DNA of 64,000 bases. Source: Phycisphaerales bacterium (GTDB lineage: Bacteria; Planctomycetota; UBA1135; UBA2386). The translations under genes and the position numbers were made by a program. This document shows, piece after piece, positions 8,418 to 16,440 of this stretch; position 1 is the first letter of the stretch, and every line of letters begins with the position of its first letter. The stretch lies in the NCBI GenBank assembly GCA_020247305.1, contig JADCJE010000008.1, positions 82,807 to 146,806 of the forward strand. Reading direction: 5' to 3'. Below the pieces are notes generated by a model, which was not told where the DNA came from, made no database searches, and saw only the letters and a list, made by a program, of their open reading frames with translations.

Positions 8418-10070
8418 TCACTGCGCGGCGACGACGCGCAGCAGCTCGGGGATCGTGGTCATGCCCTGCATCACCTTGCGCACGCCGTCCTGCAGCAGCG
8501 TCGACATGCCGCCGGACTGCCACGCGTACTCGCGCAGCCGGACCATCGGTTCGCCGCGGAACGTCATCTCGCGCAGCGTGTTGTCGAGCTGCAGCAGCTC
8601 GTAGATGCCGAGCCGCCCCTTGTAGCCGGAGTGGCCGCACGCCTCGCAGCCCTCGGCCCGGTAGAAGGTCGCCTCGCGCGCGCGCCCTGGGTCGATGCCG
8701 ACGCTGCGCAACTCGGTCGGCGTCGGCTCGTACGGCTGGCGGCACTGCTTGCAGACCACGCGCAGCAGGCGCTGCGCCAGCACCGCCTGGACCGACGCGG
8801 CGACGAGGAACGGCTTGACGCCCATGTCGACGAGGCGCGTGATCGCCGACGCGCTGTCGTTGGTGTGCAGCGTGCTGAACACGAGGTGACCGGTCAGCGC
8901 CGCCTGCACGGCGATCTCGGCGGTCTCCTTGTCGCGGATCTCGCCGACCAGGATGACGTTGGGCGCCTGACGCAGCATCGCGCGCAGGATGCGGGCGAAG
9001 GTCAGGCCGATGCGCGACTTGACCTGGCACTGGTTGATGCCGCGGATGTTGAACTCTACCGGGTCCTCGGCCGTGATGATCTTGACGTCGGGCCGGTTGA
9101 GTTCCTGCAGCGCGGCGTACAGCGTCGTCGTCTTGCCCGAGCCGGTCGGGCCGGTGACCAGCACGATGCCGTTGGGCCGGCCGATCACCGACTGGAAGCG
9201 CTCGCGGTCGCGGCCTTCGAAGCCGAGCGCCTGCAGGCTCATCAGGCCGCGCTCCTTGTCGAGCAGGCGCATGACGATCGTCTCGCCGTGGCTGCCCGGC
9301 AGCACCGAGGTGCGGATGTCGATGTCACGGCCGCCGGACGCCTTGAACGAGATGCGGCCGTCCTGCGGCTTGCGCTTCTCGGCGATGTCGAGGCCGGCCA
9401 TGATCTTGAGGCGCGACGTCACCGGCGCCAGCAGCGCGGCCTCCAGCGACGCGATCTCCTTCAGCACGCCGTCGACGCGGTAGCGGATGCGGACGCGCTG
9501 CTGGAACGGCTCGACGTGGATGTCACTGGCGCGCGCGGTCAGCGCGTCGTCGATGGTCTTGCCGACGAGGCGGATGATCGGCGCATCCTCGCCGCCGGCG
9601 TCCTTGCCGGCCGGCGCCGCCGCGCGCCCGGCGTCGCCGCCGGCGCCGCCGGCGGCCTTGCGCAGCGCCTGCTTCAGCGCCTGCGGCGGCATCAGCGCGC
9701 ACTCGACCGGACAGCCGGCGAGGAACGACAGGTTGTCGGCGACGAACGTGCGCACCGGGTCGTCGATGGCGACGAACAGCACGCCGTCCTTCAGCACGAC
9801 CGGCAGCGCCTCGTTCTGCTCGATCTGCTCCTTTGGCACGCGCTTCAGGGCGTCGGCGTTCGGCGCGTACTTCGTGGGATCGACGAACTTGAGGCCGTGC
9901 GCCTTGGCGAGCACGCGCCAGACGGCGGCTTCTTCGGCGAGGCCGAGCGCGACGATCGTGCGCTCGAGGGCCGTGCCGCGCGACGCCGAGGCGGCTTCGG
10001 CCTTGGCGAGGCGTTCGCGATCGAGGACGTTGGCCTCCAGCAGGAGGCGGCGAAAGGCTTCTGCGCTCAA
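8418..10070 (-). CDS. GspE/PilB-family secretion ATPase (second copy) with T2SSE_N domain
   Basis: Walker [11 protein letters not shown] and a tetracysteine motif (CKQC...CEAC). The upstream 220 aa of ORF 8418..10739 are Arg/Gly-rich shadow sequence overlapping the hemerythrin gene. I place the start at the TTG at 10070 (SAEAFRRLLLEANVL). Start uncertain. Confidence 0.8.
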   Translation of the reverse strand: MSAEAFRRLLLEANVLDRERLAKAEAASASRGTALERTIVALGLAEEAAVWRVLAKAHGLKFVDPTKYAPNADALKRVPKEQIEQNEALPVVLKDGVLFVAIDDPVRTFVADNLSFLAGCPVECALMPPQALKQALRKAAGGAGGDAGRAAAPAGKDAGGEDAPIIRLVGKTIDDALTARASDIHVEPFQQRVRIRYRVDGVLKEIASLEAALLAPVTSRLKIMAGLDIAEKRKPQDGRISFKASGGRDIDIRTSVLPGSHGETIVMRLLDKERGLMSLQALGFEGRDRERFQSVIGRPNGIVLVTGPTGSGKTTTLYAALQELNRPDVKIITAEDPVEFNIRGINQCQVKSRIGLTFARILRAMLRQAPNVILVGEIRDKETAEIAVQAALTGHLVFSTLHTNDSASAITRLVDMGVKPFLVAASVQAVLAQRLLRVVCKQCRQPYEPTPTELRSVGIDPGRAREATFYRAEGCEACGHSGYKGRLGIYELLQLDNTLREMTFRGEPMVRLREYAWQSGGMSTLLQDGVRKVMQGMTTIPELLRVVAAQ

Positions 10071-10150
10071 CGGGGCGGCGAGGGGTAGGACCGCCGCGCA
10101 GTGTGGACGATCGGCGCGACCGAAGGAAGCCCCGAGCCGAGGTCGCGGCC

Positions 10151-10588
10151 TCAGCCGCGCAGCGGTTGCGGCGCGACCGGCTGGGGCGCCGGCGCCGCCG
10201 GACGCGCCGGCGCGTACTTGCGGTCGATGCCGGTGATGTGCGCGCCGAGCCAGTAGACCAGGAAGTCGAAGAACTCCCGGGCCACCTTGCCATCGCCGGC
10301 GCGGAACTGGTCGCAGTAGCCGCCGACGCGGCGCAGCATGTCCTGGTGGATGAGGCCGTGGCGGACGCGGTCGGCGTACTGGATCTTCGCCATGTGCGCC
10401 TCCTCGTCGGCGAAGTGCTGCTTGGTGAGCGCGACCAACCGCTGCAGCGCCGCCTCGACCACCGCCTTCGTCGCGCCTTGCCCGGCGAGTTCGTGCACGC
10501 GATTCATCGCCGCGATCAGTTCCTTGTGTTCGGCGTCCATCGCCGGCACCCCGAGGTCGTAGCCGGACTTCCAGTCGATCAGCGTCAT
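10151..10588 (-). CDS. Bacteriohemerythrin-like protein
   Basis: 145 aa starting MTLIDWKSGYDLGVPAMDAEHKELI, with HFADEE and HITGIDRKY iron-ligand motifs. The ATG was checked at 10586-10588. Confidence 0.8.
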   Translation of the reverse strand: MTLIDWKSGYDLGVPAMDAEHKELIAAMNRVHELAGQGATKAVVEAALQRLVALTKQHFADEEAHMAKIQYADRVRHGLIHQDMLRRVGGYCDQFRAGDGKVAREFFDFLVYWLGAHITGIDRKYAPARPAAPAPQPVAPQPLRG

Positions 10589-10807
10589 GGTCGTTCCTCC
10601 CGGCGCTCTCGCGCCTTGGCCGGCATCGGCGGCGAAGAAGGCGGTGCCCATGCGCAGAGCGGCCCGTCGTCGACCTGCCCGCGCGGGCGTTGCGACGCGG
10701 CAAGCGACCGTCGCCGCCGCAGCGGCGCGCCGATGGCATCGGCCGCAGGCGAATCCGGCTGCGGGGCCTGTCGCGGTCCCGGGCCGCCGCCTAGGCTCTC
10801 CGCCCCG

Positions 10808-11302
10808 ATGAAACCCGCGATCGCCGACGGCCACGTCGTAACCATCCACTACAAGCTCACGCTCGACGACGGCAGCGTCGCCGACCAGTCCCTGGGCGGG
10901 GAACCGCTCGTCTACCTGCACGGCGCGCAGAACATCGTGCCGGGCCTCGAGCGGCAACTGGCCGGCCGCAAGGTCGGCGACAAGGTCGAATGCGTGGTGC
11001 CCGCCAACGAAGGCTACGGCGAGTACGACCCGGCCGCCGAGCAGGCGGTCCCGCGCAACCAGTTCCCGGCCGATGTCGACGTCCAGGTCGGCATGGCGTT
11101 CCAGACGCGCGGCCGCGACGGCCGGGCGATGACCGTGTTCGTGCGCGAGGTGAAGCCCGACACCGTCACCATCACCTCGAACCACCCGATGGCCGGCCAG
11201 CGGCTCAACTTCGCGATCGAGGTCGTCGACGTCCGCCGCGCGACGCCCGAGGAGAAGAAGCACGGCCACGCGCACGGCCCGGGCGGCCACCACCACCACT
11301 GA
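10808..11302 (+). CDS. slyD: FKBP-type peptidyl-prolyl isomerase SlyD with His-rich tail
   Basis: VTIHYKLTLDDGSV, an IF-domain insertion, NHPMAGQRLNFAIEVVDVR, and the C-terminal tail HGHAHGPGGHHHH. Confidence 0.85.
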   Translation: MKPAIADGHVVTIHYKLTLDDGSVADQSLGGEPLVYLHGAQNIVPGLERQLAGRKVGDKVECVVPANEGYGEYDPAAEQAVPRNQFPADVDVQVGMAFQTRGRDGRAMTVFVREVKPDTVTITSNHPMAGQRLNFAIEVVDVRRATPEEKKHGHAHGPGGHHHH

Positions 11303-11335
11303 TCGCCGGCGCAACGCATCCCGCGCGCCGCCGCC

Positions 11336-12481
11336 TCACTTCTTCGGCGGCAGCTTGGCGAGGAACTTCGCCGGCTCCTTCTCGAACGCCGCCTTGCACT
11401 TGCCGCAGCAGAACGCGATGCGGCGGCCGTCGTGCTCGACGGTCTGGTTCGGATCGACCGGCTTGTCGGCCACCGGGCAGACGTCGTTGACCGGCTTGTT
11501 GCGCTCGGCGCGGTCGGCGATCTCCTTCTGCGCTGCCGCGAGCCGCTCCTCGACGTAGTCGCCGAGATCGACCAGCAACTGCGGCTTCGCCGCGCGCGCG
11601 GCCTTCGCCGCCGCCGGCGTCACCTTGCTCTGCCACGCGTAGATCCGCGCCGCCTTCGGCAGACCGGCCAGCTTGGCGAGGCCGTCGTCGCCGAGGCCGG
11701 TGGCGTAGGCGTTGACGTACTCCAGGTGCGCGAGGCCGTCGAGCGCGCCGAACGTCGCGTCGGTCAGCTGCGTGTTGGCGACGTGCAGGCGGCGCAACTG
11801 CGTCAGCTGCTGCAGGCTCGCACGGCCGGCGTCGCTGACGGCGGTGCGCGAGAGGTTGAGCCAGACGAGGCGCTTCTGCAGCGGCGCCAGCAACGCCACG
11901 TCCGCGTCGGTCACCTTGTCGCGCAGCAGCGAGAGGTTGACGTCGATCGCCGGCGTGTCGGCGGCGACCTGCTGCACCACCGCGCCGCGCTGCTTCAGTT
12001 CGGCCACGGCGGCGTCGATCGCCGCCTGCTCGTCGGCGTCGACCTCCGGCAGCTCGAACGTGATCTTCGGGATCACCTGGGCGGCGATCTCCTTGGCGAA
12101 CCACTCGTCCGCGGCCGCCGGCCACTCGGCGCCCTCCGCGATCCACTGCTGGATCAGCGCCTGCTGCTCCTTGCTCAGCGGCTCGCCCTTCTCCGGCATG
12201 ATCTCGTCGTCGCCGACCGGCAGGCCGAGCCGCCGCAGCAGTTCGCTGTCGTCGGGCTTGCCCGGCACCACGTTCCATTCGTCCTGGTCGCCGGCGAACA
12301 GGTGCGCCTTGGCGTCGAGCCGCAGGTCGCCCTTCTGCGCCTTGGGGCCGTGGCACTCGACGCAGCGAGCCATCAGGATCGGCGCGACCTGCTTCTGGAA
12401 GTCCACCTTGCCGGCGGCGGGCTGGCCTTCCTGGGCGGCGAGCAGCGACGAGATGGCGACGGCGACAAGGTGACGCAGCAT
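11336..12481 (-). CDS. Secreted PSCyt1-type cytochrome c domain / leucine-rich repeat / YHS(TRASH)-like domain protein
   Basis: Signal peptide and a CxxCH heme motif (CVECHG) in a Planctomycete-cytochrome-C-like context. LRR-like repeats (LNLSRTAVSD, LHVANTQLTD) and a C-terminal Cys cluster (CPVADKPV...FCCGKCKAAF). Confidence 0.7.
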   Translation of the reverse strand: MLRHLVAVAISSLLAAQEGQPAAGKVDFQKQVAPILMARCVECHGPKAQKGDLRLDAKAHLFAGDQDEWNVVPGKPDDSELLRRLGLPVGDDEIMPEKGEPLSKEQQALIQQWIAEGAEWPAAADEWFAKEIAAQVIPKITFELPEVDADEQAAIDAAVAELKQRGAVVQQVAADTPAIDVNLSLLRDKVTDADVALLAPLQKRLVWLNLSRTAVSDAGRASLQQLTQLRRLHVANTQLTDATFGALDGLAHLEYVNAYATGLGDDGLAKLAGLPKAARIYAWQSKVTPAAAKAARAAKPQLLVDLGDYVEERLAAAQKEIADRAERNKPVNDVCPVADKPVDPNQTVEHDGRRIAFCCGKCKAAFEKEPAKFLAKLPPKK

Positions 12482-12535
12482 CGCGCCATCATGGCCGGGT
12501 CGGGGGTCGGCGCAAGGCGCACCGACGTACCGGTT

Positions 12536-13786
12536 TCACAACGGCCGGCGGCCGGCCCGCACGTCGTGCCCGGCCTCGGCGAAGCGGTCCTCCATGTGGT
12601 TGAGCACCGATCGCACCCACTCGCGCTTGTGCGGATACGGCCCCGGGAAGAACGAGCGCTTGAAGCCGTAGATCAGCACGTCCTTGAGCGCGCGGGCGTC
12701 GAGGTCGAAGGCCTGCACCGCCTTGTCGAACTCGTCGGTCATCGTCGTGCGCGACACCAGCCGGTTGTCGGTGCACAGCGTCACGCTGCAGCGCGCCTCG
12801 CGCATCTTGCGGAACGGATGCCTGCCGAGGTTGTCGCGCAGTTCCGGGATCGTCTGCTGGTTGCTGGTCAGGCAGACCTCCAGGGTGATGCGGCGCTCGG
12901 CGACGTAGCGCGCCAGCTTGCCGATGAAGGCCCGCTTGTCGCGGATCGACCGGTCGCGGATGTGGCGCGGGCTGAACAGCCACGTGCCGTGGCCGATGCG
13001 GTCGGCGTGGCAGTCCGTGATCGCCTGGAAGATCGACTCCGGTCCGTAGTCCTCGCCGGCGTGCACCGTCTTGCCGAGGAAGTGCTCGTGCGCGAGCTGG
13101 TAGGCCGCCTGATGGTCCTTGGCCGGGAAGCCGCGCTCCTGGCCGGCGAGGTCGAAGCCGACGACGGGCAGGCCGTCCTCCTCGGCCGCGGCGACCGCCG
13201 CGCGCGCGAGTTCGAGCGACGCCAGGGCGTAGATCTCCGCCGCCGGCGCCGTCGGCAGCGCCTCGAAGTACGCGCGGTAGTGCTCGCTGAACTGCGGCAG
13301 GAAGAAGCGCAGGGCGCAGACGATCACGCCGGCCTCGAACCGGGGCACGAGGCCGCGCTTGATCTCGGGGTCGGCGTTGATGTGCTTCTTGGCGCGTTCG
13401 ATGCCCTTGCAGACGGCGCGCAGCACGTCGCGCACGCGGAAGTCGCCGCGCACGTGCAGCTGCGGCGCGAAGCGGATCTCGGCGTAGAAGACGTTCTCGG
13501 CGCGGCAGTCGAGGCACAGCTCGTAGGCCGCGCGCTCCAGCGACTCGGCGTCCTGCAGGCAGGCGACCGTGAATTCGAAGCCCTTCAGGTACTCCGGCAG
13601 GTTGCGGTACGCGCGCTTGAACACCAGCTCCAGCAGGCCTTCCGGCGTGCGGCTCGGCAGCGCGACCTTGTGCTGGCGCGCCAGCTCGATCAAGGTCGGC
13701 AAGCGCAGGCTGCCGTCGAGGTGCAGGTGGAGGTCGGACTTCGGCAGGCGCGCGATCAGCTCGCGCGACAGGCTCGGTTTCGCCAT
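12536..13786 (-). CDS. add: Adenosine/AMP deaminase family protein
   Basis: Metal and catalytic motifs SDLHLHLDGS, VHAGED, GHG and LCTDN. The ATG at 13786 (MAKPSLSRE) is preferred. Confidence 0.75.
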   Translation of the reverse strand: MAKPSLSRELIARLPKSDLHLHLDGSLRLPTLIELARQHKVALPSRTPEGLLELVFKRAYRNLPEYLKGFEFTVACLQDAESLERAAYELCLDCRAENVFYAEIRFAPQLHVRGDFRVRDVLRAVCKGIERAKKHINADPEIKRGLVPRFEAGVIVCALRFFLPQFSEHYRAYFEALPTAPAAEIYALASLELARAAVAAAEEDGLPVVGFDLAGQERGFPAKDHQAAYQLAHEHFLGKTVHAGEDYGPESIFQAITDCHADRIGHGTWLFSPRHIRDRSIRDKRAFIGKLARYVAERRITLEVCLTSNQQTIPELRDNLGRHPFRKMREARCSVTLCTDNRLVSRTTMTDEFDKAVQAFDLDARALKDVLIYGFKRSFFPGPYPHKREWVRSVLNHMEDRFAEAGHDVRAGRRPL

Positions 13787-13795
13787 GGCGGGATC

Positions 13796-15172
13796 ATGGG
13801 CCGACCGCAACGGTGCGGCAAGCGCGGCGACGCGCTACGGTGCCCCGCCGTGGCGGACGCCTGGACGTTGCTGACCGAGGACCCGCGCGAACGCGCCGCC
13901 TTCGGCTCGCTCGCGGCCGTTTCGGCGCTGCCGGCGTCGCCGGCGGGACCGCGAAACCGCCTCCGCGACGTGCTGCGACTCGACACGCCGCTCGGCGTGT
14001 ACTTCCTCAAGCGCTTCCGGCGCACGCAGTGGAAGAACCGGCTGCGCTTCGCGGTGACGCGCCCGCGGGCTGCCGACGACGCCGGCCGCGAATGCGCGGT
14101 CACGCTGGCGCTGCGCGCGGCGGGACACGGCGCGCCGCGGCCGGTCGCCGTCGGCCGCGCCGGCGCGGCGGCGTACTACCTGTGCGCCGCGCTGCCGGGG
14201 CGGTCGCTGGCCGATGCGCTCGCCCACGGCGTCGACGGCGCCATGCTGCAGCGCGCCGTGCGGCACGCCGGGTGCCTGCTCGCCGCCGGGTTCCACCTGC
14301 CCGACCTCAGCGCCGACCACGTCTTCGTCGCCCCCGACGGCGGCTTCGCGGTGCTCGACCTGCACAACGGCGCGCTCGCCGGCGCCGGCCAGCCGCCGAC
14401 GCGGCTGCTGCGGCGCGTGCTGCGGCGTTGCCGTGCGTCGGTGCGCGGCATCGCGCTGACGCCGCGCACGGCCCTGTGCTGCGGCGCCCGCCTGCTGCGC
14501 GCCGCGGGCTGCCCGACCGCGGCGCGCCGACGCCTGCTGGCGGCGCAAGCGCCCTGGTCGACGGCGAGGCGCTACGACGCGCCGGGCAAGAGCGCCGCCT
14601 ACGCCGGACGCGGCGCGACGCGCCACGCGCGCGAAGTGCGGCTGCTGCGGCGGGTCTGGCCCGGCGAACGCGGCGCCGCGGTGCTCGACCTGCCGTGCGG
14701 CGCCGGCCGCTTGTGGCCGCTGCTGACCGACACGTTCGGCGCGCGCGCGCTCCAGGCCGACGGCTCGCTGGCGATGCTGCGGGAGGCGGCGGCCGGCCAC
14801 GGCGGCGCGCCGCAGGCGCTGGCCGACGCGCTGGCGATGCCGTTCGCCGACCGCTGCGTCGACGGCGTCGTGAGCTTCCGCTTCCTGCACCACCTCGACC
14901 GCGCCGCCAGCGACCGCGTCATCGCCGAGTGCTGCCGCGTCGCGCGGTCGTTCGTGGTCGTCAGCTTCTTCCACCCCTGCAGCGCGCACCACCTGCGACG
15001 GACGGTCGAGCGGTGGCTCGGACGGCCGTCGCAGCGGCACGCGCGCACGCTCGGCGCCATCGACGCGAGCTTCGCGGCCCACGGCTTCGCGCGCGCCGGC
15101 TGCGCCGCCGACTTGCCGTTCGCGCGCGACCTCTGGGTCGCCGCGTACACGCGCGCCGGAGGCCTTTCGTGA
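13796..15172 (+). CDS. Fusion protein: lipopolysaccharide-kinase (Kdo/WaaP)-like domain + class I SAM-dependent methyltransferase
   Basis: The N-terminal half resembles LPS kinase family proteins (VYFLKRFRR, YYLCAALPGRSL, FHLPDLSADHVFV, VLDLHN). The C-terminal half carries SAM motif I (VLDLPCGAGRL). An alternative GTG start exists at 13850. Confidence 0.6.
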   Translation: MGRPQRCGKRGDALRCPAVADAWTLLTEDPRERAAFGSLAAVSALPASPAGPRNRLRDVLRLDTPLGVYFLKRFRRTQWKNRLRFAVTRPRAADDAGRECAVTLALRAAGHGAPRPVAVGRAGAAAYYLCAALPGRSLADALAHGVDGAMLQRAVRHAGCLLAAGFHLPDLSADHVFVAPDGGFAVLDLHNGALAGAGQPPTRLLRRVLRRCRASVRGIALTPRTALCCGARLLRAAGCPTAARRRLLAAQAPWSTARRYDAPGKSAAYAGRGATRHAREVRLLRRVWPGERGAAVLDLPCGAGRLWPLLTDTFGARALQADGSLAMLREAAAGHGGAPQALADALAMPFADRCVDGVVSFRFLHHLDRAASDRVIAECCRVARSFVVVSFFHPCSAHHLRRTVERWLGRPSQRHARTLGAIDASFAAHGFARAGCAADLPFARDLWVAAYTRAGGLS

Positions 15173-16263
15173 CGCGCCTGCACGTGGCGATCGCGGCGCT
15201 GTGCGGACCGGTCGGCGGACCGACGACGTATGCACGGCGCCTTGGCGCCGCGCTGGCGACGCGCGACGACGTGCGCGTCAGCGTGTTGACCGACCGGCCT
15301 GGCGACTTCGCCGGCGTCGAGGTCGTGCCGCTGCCGACGCGCGGCGGCGTCGACCGCCTGCGCTGGCAGTACGTCGCCGTGCCGCGCGCCGTGCGCCGGC
15401 TGCGACCCGACGTCTTCCACGACACCAAGAACGCGCTGCCGTTCCTGCTGCCGTGCCCGGCGGCCGTGACCGTGCACGACCTCGCCTACCACACGACGCC
15501 GACGACGTTCGGGCGCTTCTCGCGCGCCTTCCTCAAGGTCGCGACCGCCGACGCGGTGCGCCGGGCGCGCGCGATCGTCGTGCCGTCGCAGGCGACGGCC
15601 GCGGACCTGCGCCGTATCCACCCGGCAAGCGCCGGCCGCATCCACGTCGTCCCCCACGGCATCGACGCCGCCCAGCGGCCCGACGCGCCGACGCTGACCG
15701 CGGCGCGGCAGCGGCTGGGGCTGCCCGATCGCTTCGTGCTGCACGTCGGCACCGTGCAGGCGCGCAAGAACGTCGACCTCGTCGTCGCCGGCGTCCAGGA
15801 ACTGCGCCGCCGGGGCTTCCCCCACCGCGTCGTCGTCGTCGGCCGCGACGGTTGGCGCGCCGACGCCGCGCTGGCGGCTCTGCGCGCCGATGCGACCGCG
15901 GTGCGCATCCCGCACGCCGCGCCGGCCGATCTCGCGGCGATCTACGCACTCGCCGACGCCTTCTGCTCGCCATCGGCGTACGAAGGCTTCGGCTTCGCCG
16001 TCGCCGACGCGCTCGCCGGCGGCGTGCCGACCGTGGTCAGCGACGTGAGTTCGCTGCCCGAGTTGTGCGGCGAAGCCGCCGTGCGCCTGCCGCGGCTCGA
16101 CGCGATGGCCGTCGCCGACGCGCTCGCCGCCGTGCTCGGCGACGACGCCCTGCGCGCCCGCCTCGCCGCCGCCGGGCCGCGCCGCGCCGCCGACTTCGCC
16201 TGGTCGACAGCAGCCGACGGCCACGTGCGCGCGTGGCACGCCGCGCTCGCTGCCCGAGCCTGA
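15169..16263 (+). CDS. Glycosyltransferase family 4 (GT-B fold)
   Basis: GTG start overlapping the upstream stop (GTGA). Carries the EGFGFAVADALAGGVPTVVSD motif typical of the Glycos_transf_1 domain. Confidence 0.8.
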   Translation: MTRLHVAIAALCGPVGGPTTYARRLGAALATRDDVRVSVLTDRPGDFAGVEVVPLPTRGGVDRLRWQYVAVPRAVRRLRPDVFHDTKNALPFLLPCPAAVTVHDLAYHTTPTTFGRFSRAFLKVATADAVRRARAIVVPSQATAADLRRIHPASAGRIHVVPHGIDAAQRPDAPTLTAARQRLGLPDRFVLHVGTVQARKNVDLVVAGVQELRRRGFPHRVVVVGRDGWRADAALAALRADATAVRIPHAAPADLAAIYALADAFCSPSAYEGFGFAVADALAGGVPTVVSDVSSLPELCGEAAVRLPRLDAMAVADALAAVLGDDALRARLAAAGPRRAADFAWSTAADGHVRAWHAALAARA

Positions 16264-16274
16264 AGCGCTGGACC

Positions 16275-16440
16275 AGGACTCTGCGTCGGATGGGACGCCC
16301 GCCGGTCCGGTGCGTGGACTCGCGGCTGGGGCGAAGCCATGGACCGCAGGCGGATCATTGGCCCTGCCGACGATCGGCGGCGATCCACCAGGCGCGACGA
16401 CGCGTGTCGGGCGGCGGGGCCTGCCGTGACGCAGACTCCT
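16275..16440. repeat. Intergenic inverted-repeat element (two roughly 55-60-nt half-copies, tail-out) between convergent genes
   Basis: Termini aggactctgcgtc (16275-16287) and gacgcagactcct (16428-16440) are reverse complements with one mismatch. Both halves contain the core ccggtgcgtggaNtcgcggc or its complement. Confidence 0.8.

Noticed and set aside
5652-10088. 1478-aa plus-strand ORF antisense to the three ATPase genes. Similar giant ORFs occur at 20132-22975 (+), 29904-32846 (-), 35503-38382 (-), 38553-42116 (+) and 813-3131 (+).
   Set aside because: The products are Arg/Ala/Gly/Pro-rich low-complexity sequences with no recognisable motifs, and each lies exactly opposite a gene with strong family motifs. 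Stop codons are rare in antisense frames of very GC-rich DNA, so these are shadow ORFs.
10071-10739. N-terminal 220-aa extension of ORF 8418-10739. Analogous extensions occur at 18017-18340, 25666-27081, 4032-4142 and 35906-36769.
   Set aside because: The extensions are Arg/Pro/Gly-rich, overlap well-supported genes on the same or opposite strand, and precede the point where homology-like sequence begins. Internal starts with better context were chosen.
11303-11335. Intrinsic terminator between slyD and the PSCyt gene, and similar short GC stems at 20003-20044 and 59951-60002.
   Set aside because: Only 5-6-bp stems with long loops and no U-tract. This is indistinguishable from background self-complementarity in GC-rich DNA.
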